Of a stretch of DNA of 64,000 nucleotides, positions 48,143 to 57,301 are shown in pieces. The first letter of the stretch is position 1; every line of letters begins with the position of its first letter. This DNA comes from a virus: the IMG/VR virus record IMGVR_UViG_3300032249_000542, positions 64,001 to 128,000 of that record, one strand, 5' to 3'. Made by a program: the position numbers and the translations under genes. The notes below the pieces were generated by a model that saw only the letters and a program-made list of their open reading frames with translations, was not told the origin of the DNA and ran no database searches.

Positions 48143-50059
48143 ATGGCATTTAGAAATCCGCAGTCTGTTCAACTTTCAGCCGGCGTAAGCGTATCAGAAG
48201 TTGATCTGACTACTGTTATACCGTCTACTAGTACCTCTATTGGTGCTTTTGCCGGTCCGTTTTCTTGGGGCCCAGTTAATGAAGTGATTACTATATCTGA
48301 TGAAACTCGTCTTGCTGATCGTTTCGGTACTCCAACGTCCAGCAACTATGAATACTGGTTCTCTGCAGCAAACTTTTTAGCATACTCGAACTCATTACGT
48401 GTTGTTCGTTCTGCAAATACAACATCAACACTCAACGCTAGTGCAAATGGCGCAGGTATACTTATTGAGAATGACACAGACTATGACTTAAATCATTCCA
48501 CAGCAAATACACAAAACGGTCCATTTACTGCAAAATACGCAGGAGAGATTGGAAATTCATTAAAGATTTCTATCTGTCCTACTGCTGCTGCGTTTTCATC
48601 TAATCTAACATCAACAACAGGAGTAACATGTAACGCTACTTCTGCTGGAGCAACAACGATTGGTGTTACTGGTTCAGCAACAGCTAATCTAATAGTGGGA
48701 ACTCTAATTTCTTTTGACGGTGGAACATCTTATGTTCGTGTTGCTAACCTAACTGCTAACTCAATTGGTATAGGTTCAGCAGTCGGAACAGGTGGTATTG
48801 TTGTAGGTGCTCCACTTCTACGTAAGTGGGAATATGCAGATAACTTTGGTATTGCTCCAGGAACATCTGACTATGCTACTTCAGTTGGTGGACTTAATGA
48901 CGAAATGCACGTTATTGTTATTGACGAAGATGGTAAGTTTACTGGTGCAGCAAATACGATTGTAGAAAAATGGGCATTTGTATCTAAGGCATCTGATGCT
49001 AAATCAGCTGATGGTTCATCAAACTACTATAAAAATGTTATCAACGATAAATCAAGATATGTTTGGTGGTCAGGACATCAACCAGGTGGTACTAATTGGG
49101 GTACTGCTGCTGCAGGTTTAACATTCACACAAATTAATACCAACTTTACAGCATCCCTATCTGCTGGTGCAGATGGCACAATCGGTAATGCAGATATTAT
49201 TGCAGGTTATAATAAGTTTGCAAATCCTGATTCAGTAGATATTGGTCTAGTTATTTCTGGCCCAGGTAATCAAACAACAGTTACAAGCATGATTTCTTTA
49301 GTAGAAAATCGAGGAGATGCTGTATTATTCATCTCTCCAAATAAAGCAAATGCTGTAGACAACGCAGGAGATGAGGTAACTGATATTGTTGCATATCGTG
49401 ACAATCTAGCTTCATCATCATATGTTGTTATGGACTCTGCATGGAAATATCAGTACGATAAGTATAATGACGTATATCGTTGGGTACCATTAAATGGTGA
49501 CATCGCAGGTCTATGTGCTCGTACAGATTTAGAACGTGATCCTTGGTATTCTCCAGGTGGTTTCTCACGTGGTCAGATCCGTAACAGTATCAAACTAGCA
49601 TGGAATCCAACACAAACAGAACGTGATGATTTATATATTAAAGGTATAAATCCAGTTGTTACTTTCCCAGGTGAAGGTACAGTTCTATTTGGCGATAAGA
49701 CTATGTTAAGTAAGCCTTCGGCGTTTGATCGTATCAATGTTCGTAGACTATTCATTACACTAGAAAAAACTATTGCCCGTGCTTCAAGATCGTCATTGTT
49801 TGAATTCAATGACCAGTTTACAAGAGCTCAATTTGTTTCTATCGTAGAACCATTCTTGCGTGATGTGCAAGGTCGTCGTGGTATTACAGACTTCCGTGTA
49901 GTTTGTGACGAAACAAATAACACCGCAGAAGTAATTGATCGTAACGAATTCCGTGGTGATATCTATATCAAACCGGCACGTTCAATTAACTTTATCCAAC
50001 TAAACTTTGTTGCGGTTCGTACAGGCGTAAGCTTTGAAGAAATCGTTGGCAGATTCTAA
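48143..50059 (+). CDS. gp18: Tail sheath protein gp18
   Basis: GV.V.E.DLT, F.WGP, PW.SP.G..RG, FDRINVRRLF, IKPARSINFI.LNFVA. Confidence 0.97.
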   Translation: MAFRNPQSVQLSAGVSVSEVDLTTVIPSTSTSIGAFAGPFSWGPVNEVITISDETRLADRFGTPTSSNYEYWFSAANFLAYSNSLRVVRSANTTSTLNASANGAGILIENDTDYDLNHSTANTQNGPFTAKYAGEIGNSLKISICPTAAAFSSNLTSTTGVTCNATSAGATTIGVTGSATANLIVGTLISFDGGTSYVRVANLTANSIGIGSAVGTGGIVVGAPLLRKWEYADNFGIAPGTSDYATSVGGLNDEMHVIVIDEDGKFTGAANTIVEKWAFVSKASDAKSADGSSNYYKNVINDKSRYVWWSGHQPGGTNWGTAAAGLTFTQINTNFTASLSAGADGTIGNADIIAGYNKFANPDSVDIGLVISGPGNQTTVTSMISLVENRGDAVLFISPNKANAVDNAGDEVTDIVAYRDNLASSSYVVMDSAWKYQYDKYNDVYRWVPLNGDIAGLCARTDLERDPWYSPGGFSRGQIRNSIKLAWNPTQTERDDLYIKGINPVVTFPGEGTVLFGDKTMLSKPSAFDRINVRRLFITLEKTIARASRSSLFEFNDQFTRAQFVSIVEPFLRDVQGRRGITDFRVVCDETNNTAEVIDRNEFRGDIYIKPARSINFIQLNFVAVRTGVSFEEIVGRF

Positions 50060-50065
50060 TAAATA
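50058..50065 (+). promoter_or_regulatory. Late promoter (AATAAATA) for gp19
   Basis: Overlaps the gp18 stop codon. CAGGAG SD follows. Confidence 0.6.
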
Positions 50066-50085
50066 AGAGAAACAGGAGAAACTAA

Positions 50086-50631
50086 ATGGCATTTTCAGTA
50101 AATGAATTCCGCTCTCAAATGCAAGGGGACGGAGCACGTCCTAATCTATTTGAAGTCGCTATGCCCTTCCCAACTTTTTCATTACCAGCGAACGCACAAA
50201 CTAAATTAACTTTTATGTGCAAGACGGCGCAGTTACCAGGTTCCACTATTGGTACTGTGCCTGTTCAATATTTTGGACGTGAATTAAAGTTTGCAGGTAA
50301 TAGAAGCTTTGCAGATTGGACAATTTCTATCATCAATGATGAAGATTTTGTTATTCGTAACGCATTCGAAAGATGGATGAATGGAATTAACAGTCACAAC
50401 TTAAACGTAAGAAACCCAGCAGCACTTTTGTTAAGTTCTTACACAGTTGATGCTGATGTTAAACAGTTTGGTAAACGTGGTAACGAATTAAAGAAATATA
50501 AATTCATCGGTGCTTTCCCAACAGATGTATCACCAATCGACGTTGATTGGGGTTCAAATGATGCAATTGAAGAATTTACAGTAACTCTATCATATCAATG
50601 GTGGGAATCCATTGAAGATGGCGTGGTCTAA
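50086..50631 (+). CDS. gp19: Tail tube protein gp19
   Basis: GARPNLFEV, CK.A.LPGS, GR..K.AG.R.F..W...I.ND, IEEF.VT..YQ.W. Confidence 0.96.
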   Translation: MAFSVNEFRSQMQGDGARPNLFEVAMPFPTFSLPANAQTKLTFMCKTAQLPGSTIGTVPVQYFGRELKFAGNRSFADWTISIINDEDFVIRNAFERWMNGINSHNLNVRNPAALLLSSYTVDADVKQFGKRGNELKKYKFIGAFPTDVSPIDVDWGSNDAIEEFTVTLSYQWWESIEDGVV

Positions 50632-50633
50632 AA

Positions 50634-50667
50634 GGGAGTAGGGGATTTTCCCCTATTCTCTCTTTTT
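50634..50667 (+). terminator. Intrinsic terminator between gp19 and gp20
   Basis: GGGAGTAGGGGA-ttt-TCCCCTATTCTC stem (two G-U pairs) followed by TCTTTTT. Confidence 0.75.
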
Positions 50668-50688
50668 ATAGAATGAGAGGTACCTAAA

Positions 50689-52305
50689 ATCGCAATCAAA
50701 CTTTTCGGATTCACCCTAGGTAAATCGGACATTGTTCAGGAACAACCACCTGAACAACCGTCGTTTACTCTACCTACTTCTGCGCTTGATGATGGTGCAG
50801 TCACAGTCACTTCCAATGCTTATTATGGAACATATGTTGATTTAGAAGGTTCTGTTCGTAATGAACTAGAACTCATTACACGTTATCGTGAAATGGCTAA
50901 TCATCCAGAATGTGAAATGGCAATTGATGAAATTGTTACAGAAGCAGTTTCATTTAATCCAACTGGAAGAATAATCAATATTGTCATGGACAATTTGAAA
51001 CAACCAGACACAATCAAGAAGAAAATTAGAGATGAGTTTGATAACGTCTTAACAATGTTAAACTTTAGTAATCTTGCTGATGATTTGTTTAAGCGTTGGT
51101 ATATTGACGGAAGAATCTATTACCATGTAGTTGTCAATGAAAAGGCACCTAAAGAAGGTATTCAAGAACTACGATATATTGATCCACGTAAGATTCGTAA
51201 AGTCAGAGAGATTGCAAAAGATCGTGATGCAAAGACTGGCACAATGATTATCAAATCTATTGCCGAATACTATGTGTATAATGATCGTGGTACATCAACA
51301 CAAACATACACCTCACAAGTAAATTCAGGTGTACGTATTGCACCAGAATCAGTTATCAATGTTAATTCTGGTTTAACAGACGCAAAGAATACGTTTGTTA
51401 TTTCTTATCTACATAAAGCAATTAAACCACTCAATCAACTTCGTATGGTTGAGGATGCAATCGTCATCTATCGTATTTCAAGAGCACCAGAACGCCGTGT
51501 ATTCTATATTGACGTAGGTAACTTACCTAAAGGTAAAGCAGAACAGTATCTACGTGACGTTATGGTTAAGTATCGTAACAAGATGGTTTATGATGCAAAC
51601 ACCGGTGAACTCCGTGATGATCGTAAACATATGTCAATGTTGGAAGATTTCTGGTTACCTCGTCGTGAAGGTGGTAAAGGTACAGAGATTACTACATTGC
51701 CTGCAGGACAAAACCTTGGTGAGTTAGAAGATGTAAAGTATTTCCAAAAGAAACTTTTACAATCACTTAACGTACCATATTCACGACTAGAACCACAACA
51801 AGGTGGAATGATTGGTCTAGGTCGTGTATCTGAAGTTACCCGTGATGAAATTAAGTTCACTAAGTTTATTCAAAGATTGCGTAACAAGTTCTGTCAAATA
51901 TTTGATAGAGCAATGGAGATGCAACTTGTACTAAAAGGTATTTGTACAAGAGAAGAATGGGCACAGTTTAAAGAGTTTATTCACTATGACTTTATCAAAG
52001 ATAATAATTATATCGAGATGCGTGATGCAGAAGTTCTCCGTGAAAGACTGAATCTTGCAATGCAGGTAGATCCATTTACTGGTAAATATTATTCACAGGA
52101 ATGGATTAAGAGAAATGTTCTACGTTTGACCGATGCTGAAATATCAGAGATGGACAAACAGATGCAAAAGGAACAAGCAGGACCTGTACTTGCACCTCCA
52201 CCTGAAACGCAGCCGGTTGATAATACACAAGATGATGCGTCTGCAACTACTGAGTCAGCTACTCCGCAACTTGATGCGGAAGTAGATAAATACTCACTCA
52301 AATAA
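50689..52305 (+). CDS. gp20: Portal protein gp20, probable non-canonical ATC start at 50689
   Basis: WY.DGR..YH, LRYIDPRK, YR..RAPERR.FYIDVGN.PK.KAEQY, MLEDFWLPRREGG.GTEI.TLP. The frame extends 68 codons upstream of the track start as (I)AIKLFGFTLG...LITRYREM and is bounded by TGA at 50674-50676. Confidence 0.93.
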   Translation: MAIKLFGFTLGKSDIVQEQPPEQPSFTLPTSALDDGAVTVTSNAYYGTYVDLEGSVRNELELITRYREMANHPECEMAIDEIVTEAVSFNPTGRIINIVMDNLKQPDTIKKKIRDEFDNVLTMLNFSNLADDLFKRWYIDGRIYYHVVVNEKAPKEGIQELRYIDPRKIRKVREIAKDRDAKTGTMIIKSIAEYYVYNDRGTSTQTYTSQVNSGVRIAPESVINVNSGLTDAKNTFVISYLHKAIKPLNQLRMVEDAIVIYRISRAPERRVFYIDVGNLPKGKAEQYLRDVMVKYRNKMVYDANTGELRDDRKHMSMLEDFWLPRREGGKGTEITTLPAGQNLGELEDVKYFQKKLLQSLNVPYSRLEPQQGGMIGLGRVSEVTRDEIKFTKFIQRLRNKFCQIFDRAMEMQLVLKGICTREEWAQFKEFIHYDFIKDNNYIEMRDAEVLRERLNLAMQVDPFTGKYYSQEWIKRNVLRLTDAEISEMDKQMQKEQAGPVLAPPPETQPVDNTQDDASATTESATPQLDAEVDKYSLK

Positions 52306-52308
52306 ATA
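52301..52308 (+). promoter_or_regulatory. Late promoter (AATAAATA) for prohead core genes
   Basis: Overlaps the gp20 stop codon. TAAGGAG SD follows. A second GATAAATA lies at 52285-52292. Confidence 0.6.
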
Positions 52309-52326
52309 CATGTTAAGGAGTCTTAA

Positions 52327-52518
52327 ATGGACATAAGAAATTTTATAGATTTAGTTGGTTCAAATCAAAATGCAGAAGCTAAAGATGCATTAGACGAAAT
52401 TCTATCAGGTAAAGCTTTTGAAGCACTAGAAGGTCGTAAACAAGAAATAGCTAGTTCCTTATATTCTAGTGAACAATCAGAAGTTTCTAATGAGGAACCT
52501 GAAACGGAAGAAGAATGA
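52327..52518 (+). CDS. gp67: Prohead core protein, gp67-like
   Basis: 63 aa directly after the portal. Helical I......N...A.......L...K.EIA then an acidic tail. Confidence 0.65.
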   Translation: MDIRNFIDLVGSNQNAEAKDALDEILSGKAFEALEGRKQEIASSLYSSEQSEVSNEEPETEEE

Positions 52519-53288
52519 AATCGTTATTAGAGTTTAAATCTATTACCGAAGAAGAAAAGGCAGACTACTCTAAGTTTGATGCCTTGATCCGTGCTGGACT
52601 TGCAAACAAAGCACAGGTTCAACGTATTCATAAAATCTTAGATAAGATGGGTGAAGAACGTCCAGTATTTAACAATGCTGATCGTGCCATCATGCAAAAC
52701 CTATTCACTAAAATGGTAGATTTAATCTCTAATAATAAACAGATTTTTACACAAGCACGCCGTGCTGTGCGTGAAGAAATAGAAGAAGGTGTAATTGCAA
52801 CATCCGATTACAAGATTGGTACAGATGGTCGTAAAGTAAAAGCACATCGTATTCAAGTTGGTAAACGTGATGAACCAGAAGATCAAAAGATTATGGAAGA
52901 ACCTTTGGCAATAAAGGATCCTCCTAATGTTCTTCTACTAAAAAGAATTACGACTAGACTGTTTCCTGACGGAACAAGAGTTGCATTATATTATAACAAA
53001 TTATTAGATAAGCATTTTACCATACCATATGGTCCTGGTATTAATGCACCATTGCAAGCTGAAGAATTACAAATGTCGGCATTTGATTCTTTACAGATGG
53101 TTCTTGCAAATGGAGAAGATACAGAAATTTCATTTGGTAATGAATACCGTATAGTAAGTTTAGTTGAGGCACAGTCGTTAATACGTCTATATCATAATTT
53201 AAGTGAAGAAAACAAACAACGAATGATTAATCAGTTAGATAATCCAGAGATGTTTGACAAATTTACCGATTATGCATTAAAACAATGA
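52515..53288 (+). CDS. Hypothetical head-associated protein
   Basis: 257 aa with ATGA overlaps at both ends and several [LIV]xE sites. Confidence 0.6.
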   Translation: MKSLLEFKSITEEEKADYSKFDALIRAGLANKAQVQRIHKILDKMGEERPVFNNADRAIMQNLFTKMVDLISNNKQIFTQARRAVREEIEEGVIATSDYKIGTDGRKVKAHRIQVGKRDEPEDQKIMEEPLAIKDPPNVLLLKRITTRLFPDGTRVALYYNKLLDKHFTIPYGPGINAPLQAEELQMSAFDSLQMVLANGEDTEISFGNEYRIVSLVEAQSLIRLYHNLSEENKQRMINQLDNPEMFDKFTDYALKQ

Positions 53289-53710
53289 ACCTTATAAATG
53301 CATTACTAAGTAATGATGTAATTAAATTTAAAGAACTGGTTTATGAGCAGTTAAGTATTATTGCTGCTCGTAAACTAGAAGAAGAAAAAAAAGAAATTGC
53401 TTCTGCTCAATTTGAAGTAGAGTTAGAAGAAGGAAACATTGTTACTTCTGGACGTGTTCAAAGAATACGCCGTCGTATTAGAAGAAATAAAAAAGGTAGA
53501 ATTACAGTACAACGTAATGTACGTAGGTCTGCTATTAAAGGTTATAGACTTTCTGGTGGTACCGTAAGACGCATTCCTGTTCAACAGAAAATGCACAAGG
53601 CCAGAATGTTAAAAAGGTATTGGAAAACTAAAGGTCGTTCAAAATTAAAACGTACCTTAATGAAAAGAAAAATGTCTTTGAATAGACGCAAATCAATGGG
53701 GATAAAATAA
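53285..53710 (+). CDS. gp68: Prohead core protein, gp68-like, very basic C-terminal half
   Basis: 141 aa. R/K-rich half ending KRKMSLNRRKSMGIK, like the T4 gp68 terminus. Lies before gp21. Confidence 0.55.
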   Translation: MNLINALLSNDVIKFKELVYEQLSIIAARKLEEEKKEIASAQFEVELEEGNIVTSGRVQRIRRRIRRNKKGRITVQRNVRRSAIKGYRLSGGTVRRIPVQQKMHKARMLKRYWKTKGRSKLKRTLMKRKMSLNRRKSMGIK

Positions 53711-53711
53711 A

Positions 53712-54074
53712 ATGCCATTAGAGATTACCAACTCGTTAAGAAATCATTCTATTGCAAGGGCTACTGGTCCAGGAACATATACGATTGCTCTTAACGATCT
53801 AAGAAAAAATACAACAACCGAAGTTGTTAATACGGCTGATATTAAAAGAATAGTTTGGTCAACAAATGCTAGCATTACTATTGTACGTAATAGTGTAGAA
53901 CTTGCATCTTTACATACTGCTGGTGAAATGCGTTTTGATGACTGGAATCACAGTCTTGCAAATAACAATGGTTCAAGCATTGTAATTACTATTGTAACTG
54001 GTGGAACAATTGTTTTAGAGTTATCTAAACAAGCATCGTTTAATGTGGATCCAGTAACAGGAGTAACACTATAA
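53712..54074 (+). CDS. Hypothetical beta-rich protein, probably structural
   Basis: 120 aa, tightly packed, TAATG overlap with gp21. Confidence 0.6.
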   Translation: MPLEITNSLRNHSIARATGPGTYTIALNDLRKNTTTEVVNTADIKRIVWSTNASITIVRNSVELASLHTAGEMRFDDWNHSLANNNGSSIVITIVTGGTIVLELSKQASFNVDPVTGVTL

Positions 54075-54724
54075 TGAAACTAATTACCGAACAAATTGAG
54101 AACGTAAAATATCTCACAGAAAAAACTGAAGATGGTAAAAAGAAGTTGTACATTGAAGGTACATTCTTAGTGGGTGATGCAGTTAATAAAAATAACCGCA
54201 TGTACAAGATGGACACCCTACGCAATGAAGTTAAAAGATATGACGAAGAATATATTAAGACCAATCGTGCATTAGGTGAACTTGGTCACCCAGATACTCC
54301 TTCTTTGAATCTAGAGAGAGTGTCACATAAAATTGTTTCTTTAGCAGAAGATGGTAACACATTCTATGGCAAAGCAATGATTCTAGACACACCATACGGT
54401 CAGATCGTCAAAAACTTTATTGACTCTGGTGTTAATCTAGGAGTATCATCCCGTGCTATGGGTTCTGTTACCATGACTAAAGAAGGATATAATCTGGTAC
54501 AAGATGATTTAAGGCTTGCAACTGCAGCCGATATTGTTGCAGATCCATCTGCTCCAGGCGCATTTATCAACGGCATTATGGAAAATAAAGAGTGGTTGTT
54601 TGTCGAGGGACGTTTTGTGGAAATGGATATTGATAACGCCAAAAGACAGATCAAACAGGCATCTAAACAACAAATAGAACATGTAGCTCTGAATCTATTT
54701 GAAAATTTTCTCAGAAAACTTTAA
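54074..54724 (+). CDS. gp21: Prohead protease gp21
   Basis: MKLITE, LYIEG.F, N.N.R.Y, ALGELGHP, GVSSR..GS, D.VADPSAP.AF. Confidence 0.96.
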   Translation: MKLITEQIENVKYLTEKTEDGKKKLYIEGTFLVGDAVNKNNRMYKMDTLRNEVKRYDEEYIKTNRALGELGHPDTPSLNLERVSHKIVSLAEDGNTFYGKAMILDTPYGQIVKNFIDSGVNLGVSSRAMGSVTMTKEGYNLVQDDLRLATAADIVADPSAPGAFINGIMENKEWLFVEGRFVEMDIDNAKRQIKQASKQQIEHVALNLFENFLRKL

Positions 54725-54727
54725 TTT

Positions 54728-54735
54728 TATAAATA
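54728..54735 (+). promoter_or_regulatory. Late promoter, exact TATAAATA, for gp22
   Basis: Exact T4 late consensus, intergenic. AAGGAG SD follows. Confidence 0.85.
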
Positions 54736-54760
54736 TTCAATCATAAAAGGAGATCCTTAA

Positions 54761-55828
54761 ATGGCAACCAACAAATTACTAGAAGCAGCTGCTGATATTC
54801 TTGCCGGAAGCAAGAAGTCTGCCCCAGCTATGCCGACAGCAAAACTTTCAGGTACAGAAATGGACTTGGGCGGACCAACACCACAAAATGGCAAACCAGA
54901 CGACGATTCGAATAAAATCGATTCGACTAAGGGTGCTAAGTCTGCAACTGCTCCAACAACAAAACCATCTGCTGCATCTTCGGATACTCAGAACCATCCA
55001 CAAGGTGGAACTAAGACAATGAAGGAAGATGACGAACAAGACGAAGAATTAATTGCTGAAAAAATGCATGACGAAGAAAAGAAAGAAATGATGAAGAAGA
55101 AAATGAAAGAGGACGTTAATGCTCTTTTCTCTGACGATTCTACCATTTCCGAAGAATTCAAATTTAAAGCAGCTACAATTTTTGAAGCACGTATTAATGA
55201 TCGTATTCAACAAATTGAAGAAGAAGTAGAAGTTAGATATGCTTCTATGTTCGAAGAAGCTGTAGAAGAAATCAAAAATGATTTGACGACTAAAGTAAAT
55301 GACTACCTAGAGTATGTTGTTGAACAATGGTTGGCAGATAACGAAATCGCAATTGAATCCGGTTTACGTTCAGAAATTACTGAAGAATTTATCGCAGGAC
55401 TACGTAATCTATTTGCAGAACATTACATCGATGTTCCAGAAGATAAAGTTGACCTAGTAGATGAACTAGCAGGACAAGTTGAACAACTGGAAGACAAACT
55501 TAACGAAGAAATGCAATATGGCATTGAGTTAAGAAAAGCTTTAATTGAATCAACTAAAAATGAAATCGTTCACAATGTGTGTGATGGTTTAACGGCAACT
55601 CAAGTTGAAAAGATCAGATCACTCGCAGAGAGTGTAGAATTCTCCACAGAGGAAGAATACACAGAGAAACTTGAAACAATCCGTGAAAACTATTTCCCAT
55701 CAGGAATTAGAAAAGCTGATGTAACACATTTGCAAGAACAATATGAAGATGCTGACAACGAAAAGAAAGTCATTCATGACCCTTACGTTGCAATGGTATC
55801 CCAAGCAATTTCAAAAACAAAAATTTAA
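54761..55828 (+). CDS. gp22: Prohead scaffold protein gp22
   Basis: SEEFK.KA.TIFEA, V.DYL.YVVE.W...N..AI..G.R.E..E.F..GL..LF.EHYID.P. Acidic coiled coil. Confidence 0.95.
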   Translation: MATNKLLEAAADILAGSKKSAPAMPTAKLSGTEMDLGGPTPQNGKPDDDSNKIDSTKGAKSATAPTTKPSAASSDTQNHPQGGTKTMKEDDEQDEELIAEKMHDEEKKEMMKKKMKEDVNALFSDDSTISEEFKFKAATIFEARINDRIQQIEEEVEVRYASMFEEAVEEIKNDLTTKVNDYLEYVVEQWLADNEIAIESGLRSEITEEFIAGLRNLFAEHYIDVPEDKVDLVDELAGQVEQLEDKLNEEMQYGIELRKALIESTKNEIVHNVCDGLTATQVEKIRSLAESVEFSTEEEYTEKLETIRENYFPSGIRKADVTHLQEQYEDADNEKKVIHDPYVAMVSQAISKTKI

Positions 55829-55831
55829 ATA
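55824..55831 (+). promoter_or_regulatory. Possible late promoter (TTTAAATA) for gp23
   Basis: Overlaps the gp22 stop codon. AAGGAG SD follows. Confidence 0.45.
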
Positions 55832-55846
55832 AACAAGGAGACTTAT

Positions 55847-57187
55847 ATGTATTTGTCAGAAGGCCTACAAACCAAATGGGAATCGGTGCTTAATCACCCA
55901 GAACTCCCAGCAATTAAAGATCCATACCGTAAAGCAGTTACGGCTTTGATTCTAGAAAACCAAGTTCAATCGATGCAAAAGGAAGGTCAAATCCTTACCG
56001 AAGCATCACCAACTAACTCTGCTGGTACAGGTGGTTTTGGTGGTGGCGCTACTGCAACAGGTCCTGTTGCTGGTTTCGACCCAATCATCATTTCTTTGGT
56101 TCGTCGTTCACTACCTAACCTAATCGCTTATGACGTTTGCGGCGTTCAGCCAATGACTGGTCCTACAGGATTAATTTTTGCAATGCGTACACGTTTTGGT
56201 ACACAATCAGGAGACGAAGCATTCTATAACGAAGCTAATACTCGTCACTCTGGTGCTGAATCCGCTGTTGCAACAACTTATGCACTACAAGCTGATACAG
56301 CTGCATCAGACAACGTATTCGCAAACACAATTCTTGCAGGTCCTTCAATGGCTACAGCATCTGCTGAAGCTCTTGGTACTTCAGGTGCAGTTGCATTTGA
56401 AGAAATGGCATTCTCAATCGAGAAAGTTACTGTAACTGCTAAGACCCGTGCTCTAAAAGCAGAATACTCAATGGAACTTGCACAAGACTTGAAAGCAGTT
56501 CATGGTCTAGACGCAGAAACAGAATTGGCTAACATCCTTTCTTCTGAAATTCTTGCTGAAATCAACCGTGAAGTTGTTCGTACAATTTACACAGTTGCAA
56601 AAACTGGCGCACAAATTGGTACAACTACTGCTGGTACATTCAATCTTGACACCGACTCAAACGGTCGTTGGATGGTTGAAAAGATCAAAGGTCTAGCATT
56701 CCAAATCGAACGTGAAGCTAACTTCATCGCTAAGACAACTCGTCGTGGAAAAGGTAACATGGTTATCTGTTCTTCAGACGTAGCTTCTGCTCTAGCAATG
56801 GCTGGTATTCTTGACTATCAATCAGCATTGCAAGGTCAAGTATCATTGACAGTTGATGATACTGGTAACACATATGCTGGTACATTGTTCGGTCGTATGA
56901 AAGTGTACATCGATCCATACTTCCCAACTGGCTCTTCAACCGAGTTCGCTGTTGTTGGTTACAAAGGTTCGAATGCTTATGACGCTGGTATCTTCTACTG
57001 CCCATACGTTCCTCTACAAATGGTTCGTGCAGTTGATACAGGTTCCTTCCAACCAAAAATTGGTTTCAAGACTCGTTACGGAATGGTTGCAAACCCATTC
57101 GCAGAGGGTACAACCCAAGGTTCAGGAAACTTGAATCGTCAATCGAACTTCTACTATCGTGCAATCAAGATCGCAAACTTGATGTAA
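55847..57187 (+). CDS. gp23: Major capsid protein gp23
   Basis: KW..VL, LENQ, LVRR..PNL.A.D.CGVQPM.GPTGLIFAMR, RALKAEYS.ELAQDLKA.HGLDAE.EL, FQPKIGFKTRYG. Confidence 0.98.
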   Translation: MYLSEGLQTKWESVLNHPELPAIKDPYRKAVTALILENQVQSMQKEGQILTEASPTNSAGTGGFGGGATATGPVAGFDPIIISLVRRSLPNLIAYDVCGVQPMTGPTGLIFAMRTRFGTQSGDEAFYNEANTRHSGAESAVATTYALQADTAASDNVFANTILAGPSMATASAEALGTSGAVAFEEMAFSIEKVTVTAKTRALKAEYSMELAQDLKAVHGLDAETELANILSSEILAEINREVVRTIYTVAKTGAQIGTTTAGTFNLDTDSNGRWMVEKIKGLAFQIEREANFIAKTTRRGKGNMVICSSDVASALAMAGILDYQSALQGQVSLTVDDTGNTYAGTLFGRMKVYIDPYFPTGSSTEFAVVGYKGSNAYDAGIFYCPYVPLQMVRAVDTGSFQPKIGFKTRYGMVANPFAEGTTQGSGNLNRQSNFYYRAIKIANLM

Positions 57188-57225
57188 TCAGTAGACAAAA
57201 CATAATAATAACTATAAGATGTTTT

Positions 57226-57253
57226 AGAGGGATCTTCGGATCCCTCTTTTTTT
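57226..57253 (+). terminator. Intrinsic terminator after gp23 with cUUCGg tetraloop
   Basis: AGAGGGATC-TTCG-GATCCCTCT followed by a T run. Confidence 0.95.
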
Positions 57254-57257
57254 CGCA

Positions 57258-57265
57258 CATAAATA
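57258..57265 (+). promoter_or_regulatory. Late promoter (CATAAATA) for gp3
   Basis: Immediately after the terminator and upstream of ATG 57302. Confidence 0.7.
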
Positions 57266-57301
57266 TATGCATCAGTTTCACTCAACCATAGAACATAACA
57301 T

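Noticed and set aside
50893-52305. ORF-track start of the portal at 50893
   Set aside because: It omits 68 in-frame codons containing the typical LFGF and LI.RYR.M N-terminal motifs and has no clear SD.
52313-55846. Mini-hairpins around the SD of gp67-like (TTAAG-GAGT-CTTAA), gp22 (AAGG-AGAT-CCTT) and gp23 (AAG-GAGA-CTT)
   Set aside because: Stems are only 3-5 bp and AT-rich, so they cannot be distinguished from chance without conservation data.
57188-57301. tRNA or ncRNA in the gap after gp23
   Set aside because: The gap is explained by a terminator and a late promoter. The extra AAAACAT/ATGTTTT stem is weak and there is no cloverleaf.
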